From the NCBI GenBank assembly GCA_951406725.2, contig OX597818.1:147126001-147190000 (forward strand): a DNA stretch of 64,000 nucleotides, written 5' to 3'. The stretch comes from Octopus vulgaris. Its lineage: Eukaryota. Positions 27,053 through 40,140 of the stretch are shown here, piece by piece (the first letter of the stretch is position 1; each line of letters begins with the position of its first letter). The translations under genes were made by a program, and so were the position numbers. A model generated the notes under the pieces. It searched no databases. It was not told where the DNA came from and saw only the letters and a program-made list of their open reading frames with translations.

Positions 27053-27579
27053 GGAGGGAATCGGGGTGGGAGAGAAGTAAAAGGAACTAATTAGAAAGAA
27101 ACTTAATAAAGGGAAAAAAACTTAGCGTTACTTTTGACTTCTGTTCCAGAATATTTTACTTTGTTTGTGGAACACATGTGGAATATGGGAGGAGAAATTA
27201 GGGGAAGGTCGCTAAATAAGCGTGTGTCGATATATGTATGGGCGGGTACTGTGTGTGTCTTTCAAAATTTGATTTACAAATGCCACGCCTTCGTACATTG
27301 TCATTGTTATGGGTGTCAGTCATTGTTTGAATAATATGAGGTGTATCTGTCTATAATGAACGAAATCCTAAGAGGTGTTGCCGTCTACTACAAACTTGTA
27401 AGGTCAAGGGACATAAGCATTTCGTACCATTTGTGTGTGTGTGTGTATGTGTATACATTCATATTAGTTTATACGTGCACACACACACTCATACTTTTAG
27501 GCTCTTAAAACTTTCACTGATATCAGAGTTTGCTTTCCATTCCCATATGTCGATTGTATTATTCATTATATATATATAT

Positions 27580-27988
27580 TTCTTTACTGCCCACAAGGGG
27601 CTAAACATAGAGGAGAGAAACAAGGACAAACGGATTAAGTCGATTACATCGACCTCAGTGCGAAACTGGTACTTTATTTATCGACCCCGAAAGGATGAAA
27701 GGCAAAGTCGACCTCGGCGGAATTTGAACTCAGAACGTAACGACAGACGAAATACCTATTTCTTTACTACCCACAAGGGGCTAAACACAGAGAGGGCAAA
27801 CAAGGACAGACTAACGGATTAAGTCGATTATATCGATCCCAGTGTGTAACTGGTACTTATTTAATCGACCCCGAAAGGATGAAAGGCAAAGTCGACCTCG
27901 GCGGAATTTGAACTCAGAACGTAACGACAGACGAAATACCGCTAAGCATTTCGCCCGGCGTGCTAACGATTCTGCCAGCTCGCCGCCT
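27580..27988 (-). mobile_element. SINE family 2 with internal tandem duplication
   Basis: Head ggcggcgagctggcagaatcgttagcacg on the minus strand. The body occurs twice (about 27580-27755 and 27760-27940). Confidence 0.8.
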
Positions 27989-28426
27989 CAATTATTCATA
28001 TTTTACATAAGCATCAGACAAAATTATTTGTGGTATTTACATCTGTACATTCTGTGCTCAATCTCGCCAAAGTCGACTTTGCCGTCTATCCTTTCGAGGT
28101 CAGTGAAATCGAGAATCAGTCAAATCGATTTAACAGACTAATCTCTTGCTTCAAATGTCAGTTCTTTGTGCCTGTGTTAGAAACAAATAAGAGACGGTAG
28201 ATTGACTCAATCATTAGTGACGGGGAAATACTTTGAGGAATTTCTTCTGGCTCTCTACGTTCTGGGTGCAGATCCCACCAATGTTAACTTTGCTCTTCAT
28301 CTTTGTAGGATCGATAAAATATAGAACCAGTCAAGTACTGAGATCGATATAATTGACATTTATCCTCTTCCAAAATGTCAGGCTTTGCTTATATTTAAAA
28401 CAATTATTATACATATATAAACATAA

Positions 28427-28690
28427 AGCGGTGAGCTGGCAGAAACATTAGCACGCCGGCCGAAATGCTTAGCAGTATTTCGTCTGCCGCTACGTTCTGG
28501 GTTCAAATTCCGCCGAGGTCGACTTTGTCTTTCATCTTTACGGAGTCGATTAAATACGTACCAGTTACGCACTGGAGTCGATGTAATCGACTTAATCCGT
28601 TTGTCCCCTCTGTGTTTAGCCCCTTGTCGGTAGTAAAGAAATAGGTATTCCGTCTGTCGTTACGTTCAAATTTCGCCGATGTCGACTGAA
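28427..28690 (+). mobile_element. SINE family 2
   Basis: gcggtgagctggcagaaacattagcacg...gggttcaaattcc (A and B boxes). Confidence 0.8.
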
Positions 28691-28732
28691 ACAAATATAA
28701 GGAAAGATATATTTATATACACACACATTAGT

Positions 28733-28800
<68 letters not shown>

Positions 28801-29089
28801 CTCCCCGTATCTCCAAAGAAAAACTATATATATATATAATACTTGCAGTGCAGACGTTAAACTTAGTCGCTCTTAACTTCAGAGAGATTCAGTTGTTACA
28901 TAAGTATCGAAGCAACAGCCTTTCATCTCATTCTGTTACACATGGACACTCACACACAGACACACGCACGCATACATACATACATACATACATACATAAC
29001 ATACATACATACATACAATGGTTAGATATGCAGCTATATGCATGAGAATACACACATATCGCAAAATATACGTACAGACATACATACAT

Positions 29090-30320
29090 ATCAAGTACCT
29101 AATGCACAAAAGGGACAGAGATGCAGGAAAAGCAGTAAAATGTGACAACCGATGCAGACTTTGTGGATTTCACGCTGAAGATATCACTCACATCAGAAGC
29201 AGTTGTCTGAAAATGTCATCACAGCATGACATGAGACATGATGTAGCTAGGACACTATAATGAAATCCGTTGGAAGGATATTCCCGAGGACAAAGAAATA
29301 AGAACCCACAATATAGTAGAAGCCATAGCTATTCATAAAAAGGAATACTGGTGGAATGCCCCAGTGAAGACCTCAATAATATGTAAGCACAACAGACCTT
29401 ATATAATGGTTTGAGACAGAGAAAAAAACTGCACAGTTGCGGAAATTAGCTGCCCAGCAGATGTTAACGTAAAGCTGAAGATCAGTGAAAAAGAACACCT
29501 ATGCTGAACTATTGAGAAATCTGCTGTTACTCTATCCAGATTACAAGTTCAGATTTATACCTGTAATTATTGGGGTCCTGGGATAAGTAATAGACTGCCT
29601 AAATACCTATCTTGAGAAAATAGGCAAATACCAATCTTGAGAAAATAGGCTTCTCAAAACCAGAAAGGAGAAAGCTAATTCGAAGACCACAGATCCAGTC
29701 CATCACTGGAGCTGTAAAATCTGTAAAACTTTCCAGAAGTTTATCATTTAAATAATACATATGAGCATGTCTAAATATGCAACTATACGCATGAGAATAC
29801 ATACATAAAACATACAAATCTACACATACATAAAAACATAAATACATAAAATATAAAGGCGTAGGAGTGGCTGTGTGGTAAGTAGCTTGCTTACCAACCA
29901 CATGGTTCCGGGTTCAGTCCCACTGCGTCGCAACTTGAGCAAGTGTGTTCTACTATAGCCTTGGGCCGACCAAAGACTTGTGAGTGGATTTGGTAGACGG
30001 AAACTGAAAGAAGCCCGTCGTATGTGTGTGTGTGTGTGTGTGTTTGTGTATCCGTGTTTGTCCCCCCAACATCACTTGACAACCAATGGTAGTGTGTTTA
30101 CGTCCACATAACTTACCAGTTCGGCAAAAGAGACCGATAGAATAAGTACTAGGCTTACAAAGAATAAGTCCTGGGGTCGATTTGTTCGACTAAAGGCGGT
30201 GCTCCAGCATGGCCACAGTCAAATGACTGAAACAAGTAAAAGAATAAAACAAGTAAAAGAATAAAATACCCTGTTGTTGGCAAGAAATCTTGAAATAGAA
30301 CTGCACAATGTCATACATAC
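29090..30320 (+). mobile_element. 5'-truncated R4/Dong-like non-LTR element with restriction-like endonuclease domain, interrupted by a SINE
   Basis: CRLCGFHAEDITHIRSSC zinc motif, RHDV, then HNRPYIMV...EISCPAD...K...Y and FIPVIIGVLG. Stops present. Followed by (CATA)n. Confidence 0.75.
29858..30266 (+). mobile_element. tRNA-derived SINE (family 1), intact
   Basis: ggcgtaggagtggctgtgtggtaag...ccgggttcagtccc head and duplicated tail aaacaagtaaaagaata. Confidence 0.9.
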
Positions 30321-31303
30321 ATGCATACATGCATTATTTATTTACGTTGATCAAGATTCCGGATCATGTTCTTTCAACTGAACTATCAAGGATGTATGTA
30401 GCTGAGTATTCCACAAATGTCTGGATCTATAACGTCATTTTCTGGCACTATCAGCTTTATAGAGAGTGAACGAGGCTGCACTATTGGAAAGTAGAACGCG
30501 TCGATGAGTTTCTGGGCAGTTTTCGTCTCCCCAGTTTCACTCACAAGATATGCGTCAACCTGAAACTATTGGAAACGACGTATCGTGTGATCGAACCCGA
30601 GACCTCGTGATTTTGAATCGAACTTCTTAACAATTCAGCTATGCTATGTGTATTAAAACCACAACATACTACTCGCTTGGTAGCATGTACAAAGCATTCG
30701 CAAATTGTTTTATGTAGTATTTGAGTCGCTAGCTGACGTCGACATTCTCTCAGACCTCTCATTCTTATCTCGGTTAAACATCTTCATAAAGTTACGACGA
30801 CGACTGTTCCTGTTGATCCTATTAACGGAACAGCCTGCTCGTAGAATCGCCATGCAAGTGGCTGAGCACTCCACAGACACGCATACCCTTAACGCAGTTC
30901 TCGGGGGGGGGGGGGGATTCAGCATGACACAGAATGTGACAAGGCTGGCCCTTTGAAATACAGATCCTACTCTTTTTGCCAGATGAATAGACTGGAGCAA
31001 CATAGAATGAAGTGTCTTGCTCAAGAACACGACGCACTCCCGGGAATCGAACTAACGACCTTGCGTGAGCCGAATACTAACCACTAAGCCACGTACCTTG
31101 ACACTCGCTTAGGTCACGCGCCTTATAAAATGTGTGTGTGTCTGTGTGTGTGTACATTATCTCTTATCGTTCAGTTGGTTCATTCACTGGACTGGAACCA
31201 TGTTGATGCACCATCTTGTATCGACTTTGCTATCACAGGGAATTGCTAAATCTATGCTCTGACACTGTTTAATTTGTCCTCTTTAATCATATTCGGTCTT
31301 CTT

Positions 31304-31435
<132 letters not shown>

Positions 31436-32976
31436 CTTCTTATCCATGATTGTTATATTTTCTTGTGTCACTCCAATTTCCGTTTCTCTTTTAAATTCCC
31501 GAAACCATAAAATATTATGTTGGACTTCTTTGCTTCAGATTTCTACCTAGAATTTCTTCGCTACTTCAGTATCTGGAATATAATTTTCTTGATGCTCCTC
31601 TTCATAGTTCAATAGTTTATAGAATTCTCTTTCATTGTCCTTGAAGAGTCTATTCTGCTGGCACTGATCTTTCTCTGTTGGTATCTTTTTTTTCTTTTTT
31701 TTTCACCCGACACTGCTTTGGTCTTTGTTTTAGTTCTTCTTTAGTTCTTCTTGCAGTGCTTCGTGTCTTGCGTTGTACTTCTTTGCAGTTCCTTTCTGTG
31801 TCTCCCCCTCTTTGTTTTCTATGACTGCGTGTAACCGTCCAAAGTATTGCTATTAAGCACCAGAAGTTTCAAAGTGACTCAAGAGCAGAGAGTTTTGTGC
31901 ATGGCACTTATCAAACACATACAGGGTCTAGTTGGTTTGCTGCCAGCATCAATTTCTGCTCGAATTGATTTGATATTACGTACACTTTTATAGGCTAATG
32001 AATGACGTGAAAATCATTTTCGCTATAAATCAATAAAAAGTCATTAGCAATTAAAGTTTGAAAATTTGGGGTAATTTTAGCCAATCGTAAGCCACAGACA
32101 CATTCATGCCTGTTTCCATAGTAACAAGCCAAACATGAGAACTCTTTTGTCAGCGAGAAAGCACGTGCGTTGACAAATATATTCTACGCGATGCCACGTG
32201 CGTTGACATTATGTTCTGTTGCTTGTACCTTGGTCGTGAGATGTACTAAAAATAACAGCTAAATAGGCCTTAAATCAGTCCCCTCCCCTTAAAAATTTGT
32301 GCATAATCGTATGAATTCCCGTGTGTAGAGTACAAATTCGCAAACATTTTCTGAAAATTCCAAATTTTAAAAAAATTATGAGGGATTATATGTTGCACGT
32401 TAAGCAGAATTTGATTTGTTTACAGTTTCATATAAAAACACGTGCCATTCTGTTTTCAGAATAGCACGTGCTTTTATATGACAACACGTGCAGTCACGAA
32501 CAAAATGAGAGCTTCCAAATCTTGTTTCCTGACTGGGTGAAAATGGTCAAACTTTAAACTTCTATAACGCTTTAATAACATTTTTCTGGAAAAAGTGAAA
32601 TAAACCCAGCAATTCAGCTTGGAAAAGTATATTAATGTGCCAAATTAAAAAATTTTTAAAACAAACTGTAATTTTTGAAATGCTGGCAGCCAAGCCAACT
32701 GCATCCCACTCGCATACATACCCACACGCACATATTTATAGACAAGCAGAGAGAGAGAGAGAGAGAGATTGAGGATGGATGCATGGATGGATGGACGGAC
32801 GGATGGATGGGGGTGGGACAGGTAAGCAGGCCAAAGAGAATAGCAGACAACACATTTGCTTGAATTTGTAAACACTCTGTTAATTTATTCTATAAACGCG
32901 CGCACATACACACGTTCCAATAAAGTGTTTCTGCGGTGGAGTTGTGTGCTATATATATGTATGCGTGTCTATATAC

Positions 32977-33330
32977 TTTTACTCTTTTTAGTCATTTGAC
33001 TGCAGTCATGCAGGAGCACCGCCTTTAATCGAACAAATCGACACCAGGACTAATTCTTTGTAAGCCTAGTACTCATTCTATCGGTCTCTTTTGCCGAGCC
33101 GCTAATTTAGGGGGACGTCCACACACCAACATCGGTTGTCAAGCGATGGTGTGGAGACAAAAACAGACACACAAATACAGATTCGGGCAACGAATAAACA
33201 TTTCTTCCTTCTTGGTGTTAATTCTTCGATGTTTACTCCGATGTGAGAACCTTCAAGCGTTACATCTATACACTACGTTAGTAGTGGGGTACATCATATC
33301 AAATTGATATGGCACAACACATCTAACCCG

Positions 33331-33426
<96 letters not shown>

Positions 33427-34570
33427 CACACATATATATTTATACGACGAGCTTCTTTCAGTTTCCGCCTACCAAATCCACTCACAATGCTTTGGTCGAT
33501 CCTGAAGTTATAGTAGAAGACACTTGCCCAAGGTGCCACGCTGTGGGACTGAACCCGGAACCATGTGGTTGTGAAGCAAGCTACTTACCACACACCCACT
33601 CCTGCGCCTCATGAGTGGATTTAGTAGACGGAAACTGAAAGAAGGCCGTCGTATACATACATATATATATATATATACGTATGTGCGTGCGTGTATATGA
33701 GTGTGTGAGTGAATGTGCGTGTGCGCGCGCACGTCTATGAGCAAGAATACAACACCAAAATACAAAAACAGAAGATTTACATGCCATCCCATCCGGCCAA
33801 GATCACGTCACAATTGTTTTGCTAGGCAGTCTGGAGAGAATCTGGGAGGTCTTTAAAAAATAAATTTAAAACCTTTAAAGAATATTTATGATTTTATTAG
33901 CACCGAAAGGTCATTGCTATGTGGGACGTGACTTGATAAGGACAGATATAATCCAGCCAACAATAGATTCCAGGACACAGTCAGGTCTACTTGAAGTCTT
34001 TTGGCAGGTTTCAGCGAAGGTCGTCGGTCAGTTTTATGAAAATAGAGTTTCATAGTTTATCTTTCTCTTTTTGTTGTTGATGTTTCGTTATCCCAATAGT
34101 GTGTGTATCGCCTTTCCTCTAAATACTCCGCCCAAATTCTCTTCTCCTAAGCATCTCTAATTGCCGCCTATGTTTTTCTTTTCTTTCTTTTTTTCTTCTC
34201 TTTTGTTTTATCCCGACATCTGTCTGCAAGTATGGTAAGAGGCTCGCTTCCCAACCATTTGGTTCTGGGTTCATCCCACTGCGTGGTACCTTTGGCAAGT
34301 GTCTTCTTCTATAGCCCCCAGTCCAACCAGAGCCTTGTGAGGGGATTTGGTGGGCGGAAACTGAAAGAAGGCCGGCGTATACATACATATATACATATGT
34401 GCTTGCGTTCGTGTGCGCGTGTGCTTGCGAGCGTGCGTGTGCTTGTGTGTGCGCGCGTGTGTGTGTATATCTTTGTTTTTGTTCCTCACCACCACTTGAC
34501 AACCAGTGTTGGTGTGTTTACGTCTCCATAAACTAGTGGTTAGACAAGACATTGATAGAATAAATACCAT
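32977..34570. mobile_element. cluster of SINE family 1 copies and fragments with (CA)n
   Basis: Minus copy about 32977-33610, split by an unrelated segment and (CA)n. Plus copy about 34232-34570. Confidence 0.75.
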
Positions 34571-36679
34571 CGATGGAATAAAATATAATGAATATAGAAA
34601 AACCGATCGTATGAAAACTTCATTTTGAATTGGATTTTAATTTTCATTTTAACTTTCCTCCTCCTGCCTCCCTCTCTTTCTCTTCTCTGTGAAAAGAAAG
34701 AGAAAAAGGAAACGAAACACGAAAGAAAACTGATTGTATTTAATTCCTAAACATTTCAAGTTCTACAGGGCCATCAATCATGTTAGTCTCACCATTCTCA
34801 GAGGGACTATGTAGAGCCCTTCCTCAAGACCAGGGATTTCGTGGCCCCGCTGGGTTGGCGAACCCCGTATAAAACAGTTGGATACCAAACACAATGGATT
34901 GATTTGTTTAGTAAGTTATTCAGGCTCAAGTGTTCAAATCCCACCATAGAGAACTTTGCCTTTCATCCTTGTGGTGTCGATAAATTAAGTACCAGTTACG
35001 CACTGGAGTCGATATCGACTTAATCCGTTTGTCTGTCCTTGTCTGTCCCCTCTGTGTTTGGCCCCTTTTGGGCAGTAAAGAAATAACAGATGTTTCCACA
35101 CACGCACACGCGCGCACACCAAAGAAAAGAAAACAAAATTTTGGCATTGTACCTGAGTAGGAAATTCATTTTATTTAATTCCATGTTACATTTTTTATTA
35201 GTTATAAGAACCGGGTCTTAATGACAAAAAAACTCAAACCCGGGCACAGTTTCAGGGAGCAACACCCGCATTTCATTCTCAGCTGACAGACTTACACGGA
35301 ATTCGATTTTGGTTATAATCATTGTTGAAAACTTTAGTTCCCAAACTTTAAGTTGGTGAGAACAGCAAAACCTTTTCTCGATTTTTTAGACACACGAATC
35401 GCATAAAGCTGGTTGTCATTTTTTCAAAATTCCGATGTTTTTACAAACTTCGCGTATCTCCAATTTTTTTTTTTTTTTTCCTGTATGTATACACTCATAT
35501 TTATTTTACGCACCTCGTAGCTTCTCGTGCGTACCCCTAACTGTTTCAGAACCCCTGCTCTAGACCAAAACTATTTGAAGAAAACTAAACTGTTTCCAGT
35601 GGTTTTTAAGTCCAACGAAGGATAAAGGCTTTCACTTGCGAAATTATGAAACTACGAATTCATCTGCGGAAAAATTCTTGGGGTTTGAGGAATTTGAAAA
35701 CGTCTTGATTGATTATTGTTCAACACCCACAACCACATACTTGATTTTGCAGACTATAATCAAAGAGGTTCCATCTGCGACCGTCCTGTTTCTCCGGTTT
35801 TTCTTGGCGGCGGGGTGGAGATCAGATATACAGTGTCTATGACTACATTATCCAATGTGTTTATCCTTTTTTTTTCTTCAATACAACACATTGCTTGGTT
35901 GTTGCTGAAGATTAACTCCAATTCATAACTGATTCAACAGTACTATGATCAATGACACTCAACCGTGACCATCCTGTACTACATTTCAACATAGCATGAC
36001 GTGACAGCGTTATTGAAAATGTTGATTCTATCTTAAGACGGTAGGTCGGGTTTCGCTCGAGTGAGATTCGGCTGCTGTTTCTAGCAAGTCGAGTGACTAC
36101 GCAGAAGCACCCTATCACTCCTTAGCGCGCTGACTGTCAGATTTTGTTTCTAACATGAAAACTTTTTTTTTAATAAATAGATGTTTATTTCTAGTCAATT
36201 AATTATACAACAGATTACATTTTAGATTATAACATTTAAATAGAAAGAAACAGAGAAAAAAGAAAGATAAAAACAAAGAAAAGAAAAAGAAAGGGAGTAT
36301 AGCAGCAGAAGATAGAAGAGGAGGAGGAGAAGCCTCCTCCTTCCCCCGAACAAATGTTGTGCTCAGCCGCACCCTCTCGTAAGGACCGCCATAGCGTTGT
36401 AGCAGTCACTCCACTTCGTAGGGTTCATTCCTCGGTCGGGCCGCCTGCCATTATCCCGATTTTGCGGGGAAAACCAGTCGTACGGAGTCCTAGAACACCT
36501 GGCGTCTCGCCGGCGTCCTGTACAAACTGATAACGGCCGGTCAGGACCGCGTAACGGGCGAAGACACCCGGGTTTGCAGCCGAATTCCAGAGGCTTGTAA
36601 AAATGACACTGTTGATGAGATTGAACGAGCGGCTTTTAAGGCACGCATTCAAACTTGTTGACAACAAAATCGAACAAGG

Positions 36680-38300
36680 AGAGTCAAGCTAATTGAGATA
36701 TAGAGCTGAGGATTTGAGAAAATTCGGTATTTGCCCCTGCAGTATGTGATGTTGTAAAAGTAGTTATAACAGTACAATGGGATGAGTGAGAGAGACAAGA
36801 AGAGTTGTGAACGTTGAGGTCACTGAGGATGTAGATATCTTACTTCAGAGAACGATGAAGTAAGACAGATATCCTCAATGCTGGTATGGATATATGGTTG
36901 AAGATGTTTGAAAAGCGGTGGAGGGAATTGACATAGAAGAAGACTAGGATTGTGCTTCTACACATACAGACATCCCACATCACACAAAGAAACACACGTT
37001 GAAGTTGCTCATTAACTTGATAACAGACATGATGTCCCATCCCTTGGGATTTATTTGTTTCTTTCTTTTTAATTTTATGATAATTTTCAGTCTGCTTGAA
37101 GATTTGCCAGAACTTGTTTGTTTAAAAAATTAGAATTGTAAGCATTCGGGCTGCATCCCCGACAGGTACCTGTTGTTATCGCGTTCTCGCGGCGCGATAA
37201 TATCCTCTACATTTTTATAAATACCAAATAAAAATTATACTGGATTCTTCTCCTTTTTTAATATCCTTGGATTCTGATCCAACCTGATCCCGATACGTCC
37301 TATTCCTCTCCAGGACACAAATCCTTATCCATCTCTGTTGCTATTCTCTATACTCCAGTTCATTCTGAAATGTGGTGTCTGGTCATGCGTAGTTTCCAGT
37401 TATAACCCTTTCGTACCTGGATGTCAGCATCAAGGACTTTTAGCTACTTGGGTTCAAATCTCCCTCCTCCCACTCCTCAAAATACATATGCTTCTTACAC
37501 CGCTTTTTTGATTCCTCGTACAACCAACAACCCCTCAACTATTTCTCTTCCTGAATCAAGGACTTGTGTCACACCTCACTTCTCTAAAGTCGTCGTCTTC
37601 ACTGACTTCAATATTCACATCTCTTCTTTCAGCCCAAAGAAATAATGCCGGGACAAAAACAGAATCGTTTGAAACTCTAAACTCTTTGTATCAATAAGTG
37701 CCACCTTTTCACACAGCCTTGATCGACACACAGTACTGCAGACATTTCCGATCGCTTTCTCACCTTCAAATTCAGCCTCTATCACTGATGCCCATATCGG
37801 GTAGTCCGACATTGCTTTATCTCGACTTTCCACCTCACTTGTACATAACACACCCATCTTCCATATCTTATGGCACCTTACGTCAGCTGCCTGGTCGAAG
37901 ATGAGCTAGCTGTATATTCACAAAGCCTGGTGCACTTGTCCTTCATCCCTGGGTCGTCAGAAACAGCTAGGTGAATGACTGAAACCATCTTCTTACATAC
38001 ACACAACCAAAACTCATAACCCCAAAGTCTTTCAAGTGGTTCACCCATGGCTGCACTGCAGTAGTTCATGAAACGAACATGGCCTTCTACGCATGGAGAA
38101 AATCACCTACTCCTACAAAATGGACAACTTTTGCCCAGTACCGCAACTCTTGCAAGGCCATCATCTGAAGCGCGATGGATTGCTTCGTGCATGTATGCCG
38201 TAGCTCACAAGCTTTCCCACTTCCCCAAATTAACTTATCCTTTAAGTGCCTTACCTAAAGGATCTCTATCACCTTTAAAACTTCTCCATTTCACTCCTGG
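36680..38300. pseudogene. two decayed LINE AP-endonuclease remnants (minus ~36680-37040, plus ~37240-38300)
   Basis: ILSDLNVHNSSCLSHSS (minus) and VVVFTDFNIH (plus) resemble the GDFN motif region. Heavily disrupted. Confidence 0.45.
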
Positions 38301-38562
38301 ATATGACGGATAACGCCTCCATGTTTACAAGGGTCACCCAAAAGTCACACACTTTTAAATAGTTGTGTGATATGCATGTATGTATGTATGCGTTTATAAC
38401 AGCTAATTTATTTATGTATAAAGTCGATGTTTCACTCCATAGCTATTCGGGATTTCAGGCAAAGCTATCAGACTGCAGAATGAATGAATCATCAACTTTT
38501 CACAACACCCCAATACGCACATCTCCCTCTCTCTTTCTTTCTCTCTCTCCCTCCCTCCCTAT

Positions 38563-38724
<162 letters not shown>

Positions 38725-39028
38725 CACACATGCATATATATATATATATGTAAATGTTTGTGTCCGTGTGCAGATATGTGCCGTGTGTTTAGGGAATTGC
38801 ACTCGTGATTGTAAGATTGTGGTTTCCATTCCTGGACCGGCCGAGGCGTTATTATGTTCCTGAGTAACACACTTCATTTCACTTTGCTCCGGTCCATTCC
38901 GCTGGCAAAATTGAATATCCTGCGACGGCCCAGCGTCCTGTCCGGGAATGGCGACATTACACGCCACAGAATACGGGAAACAGGCCTTAGGGGCCTATGA
39001 TTCGGAAAGGACCTGTGTATAAATTTAT

Positions 39029-39078
<50 letters not shown>

Positions 39079-39929
39079 TGCTGTGGTTGTTGGAAAATAT
39101 TTTTGCAATCGTTATTTTATTTCCATAGTCTCCTCGTCAGCGATGAATGAATATTTGATTGTTTTGGCTGGTTAATTTAAATCTTCCATATTCTTATTAA
39201 CAATTGAACCCACCAAACTCCTTTTAATTTTGCTTTATGGCTAATAAGTGAAAAGCAGAGAGACCCCCTCCCCTTGCTACATGTTAAGGAACACTTGGAG
39301 TGTGAAAAGGACCAGCATTCAATCAGTCTTCAGTGTGAGTAAAGATATATTTTTTACATTAAGGCTGTTTAATGCAGATAATTTCGCGACATTAGTCACA
39401 TGATGCAATACAGCGGAAAAGCAAGCAGCGGGAAATAGAGGGAAGCAGTGAGAGAGAGAGAGGGGGAGGAGGATGAGAGGAAAGGAAGAAGAAAAAAAGA
39501 GAGAAAATAAATGAATGAAAAGAGATGTATTAAGACGAAATGGCTTGAAAATGAGGAAGAGGAGGTAAAACGAGGTGGAGAGAGAGGTTATCTGTGAGAG
39601 GCAAGAGAGAAAGAAGGAACGATAAAGGAAAGAAAGGCAGAGAAAGAAAAAAGCCGAAAGTGAGAAGAGGGCGAGCGATAAAAGAAAACGGAAAGAGAGG
39701 ATATCTGTATAAGATGTGTGTGTGTAAGAGGGAGAGAGAGAGAGAGAGAGAGAGAAAGAGACTGAAACGGGAAGGCAAAGCAGATGTATGAAGGAAGAGA
39801 TGGATAAAAGAAAGCAAGGATGAAAAGCGGAATGGCTATAAATGAAGAAATAAATATTCTAAGGTAATCTTTCAGTTTAAGGTGTTTAAAAAAGTAAATA
39901 AAAACGAAGCTTAAATGACGGCATCTTCA

Positions 39930-40140
39930 CTCAGGAGATGATTGTGTTGCAGAACTTTGAGGATGCCACAAATGAGGACGTCCACACGCAAAATGTGCAG
40001 AATGTGTGGATGCGAGAGAAAAGAAAATTTGGAACGTCGGACAATTTATTTGTCGGCGATGTTAGGGTTCTAGTAGAAGCGTAAGTTTGCCTATTTGCCA
40101 TATTTACACGAATTCATATGGAGGAATTCTATTCCAAAAA
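39930..40140 (+). pseudogene. Merlin/IS1016-like DDE transposase C-terminal remnant
   Basis: NFEDATNEDVHTQNVQNVWMREKRKFGTSDNLF...YLHEFIWRN resembles the HTQ.IE..W...K...YL.EF.WR motif. Confidence 0.6.

Noticed and set aside
29858-29935. tRNA gene
   Set aside because: The A and B boxes belong to a SINE head continuous with the SINE body. No complete cloverleaf.
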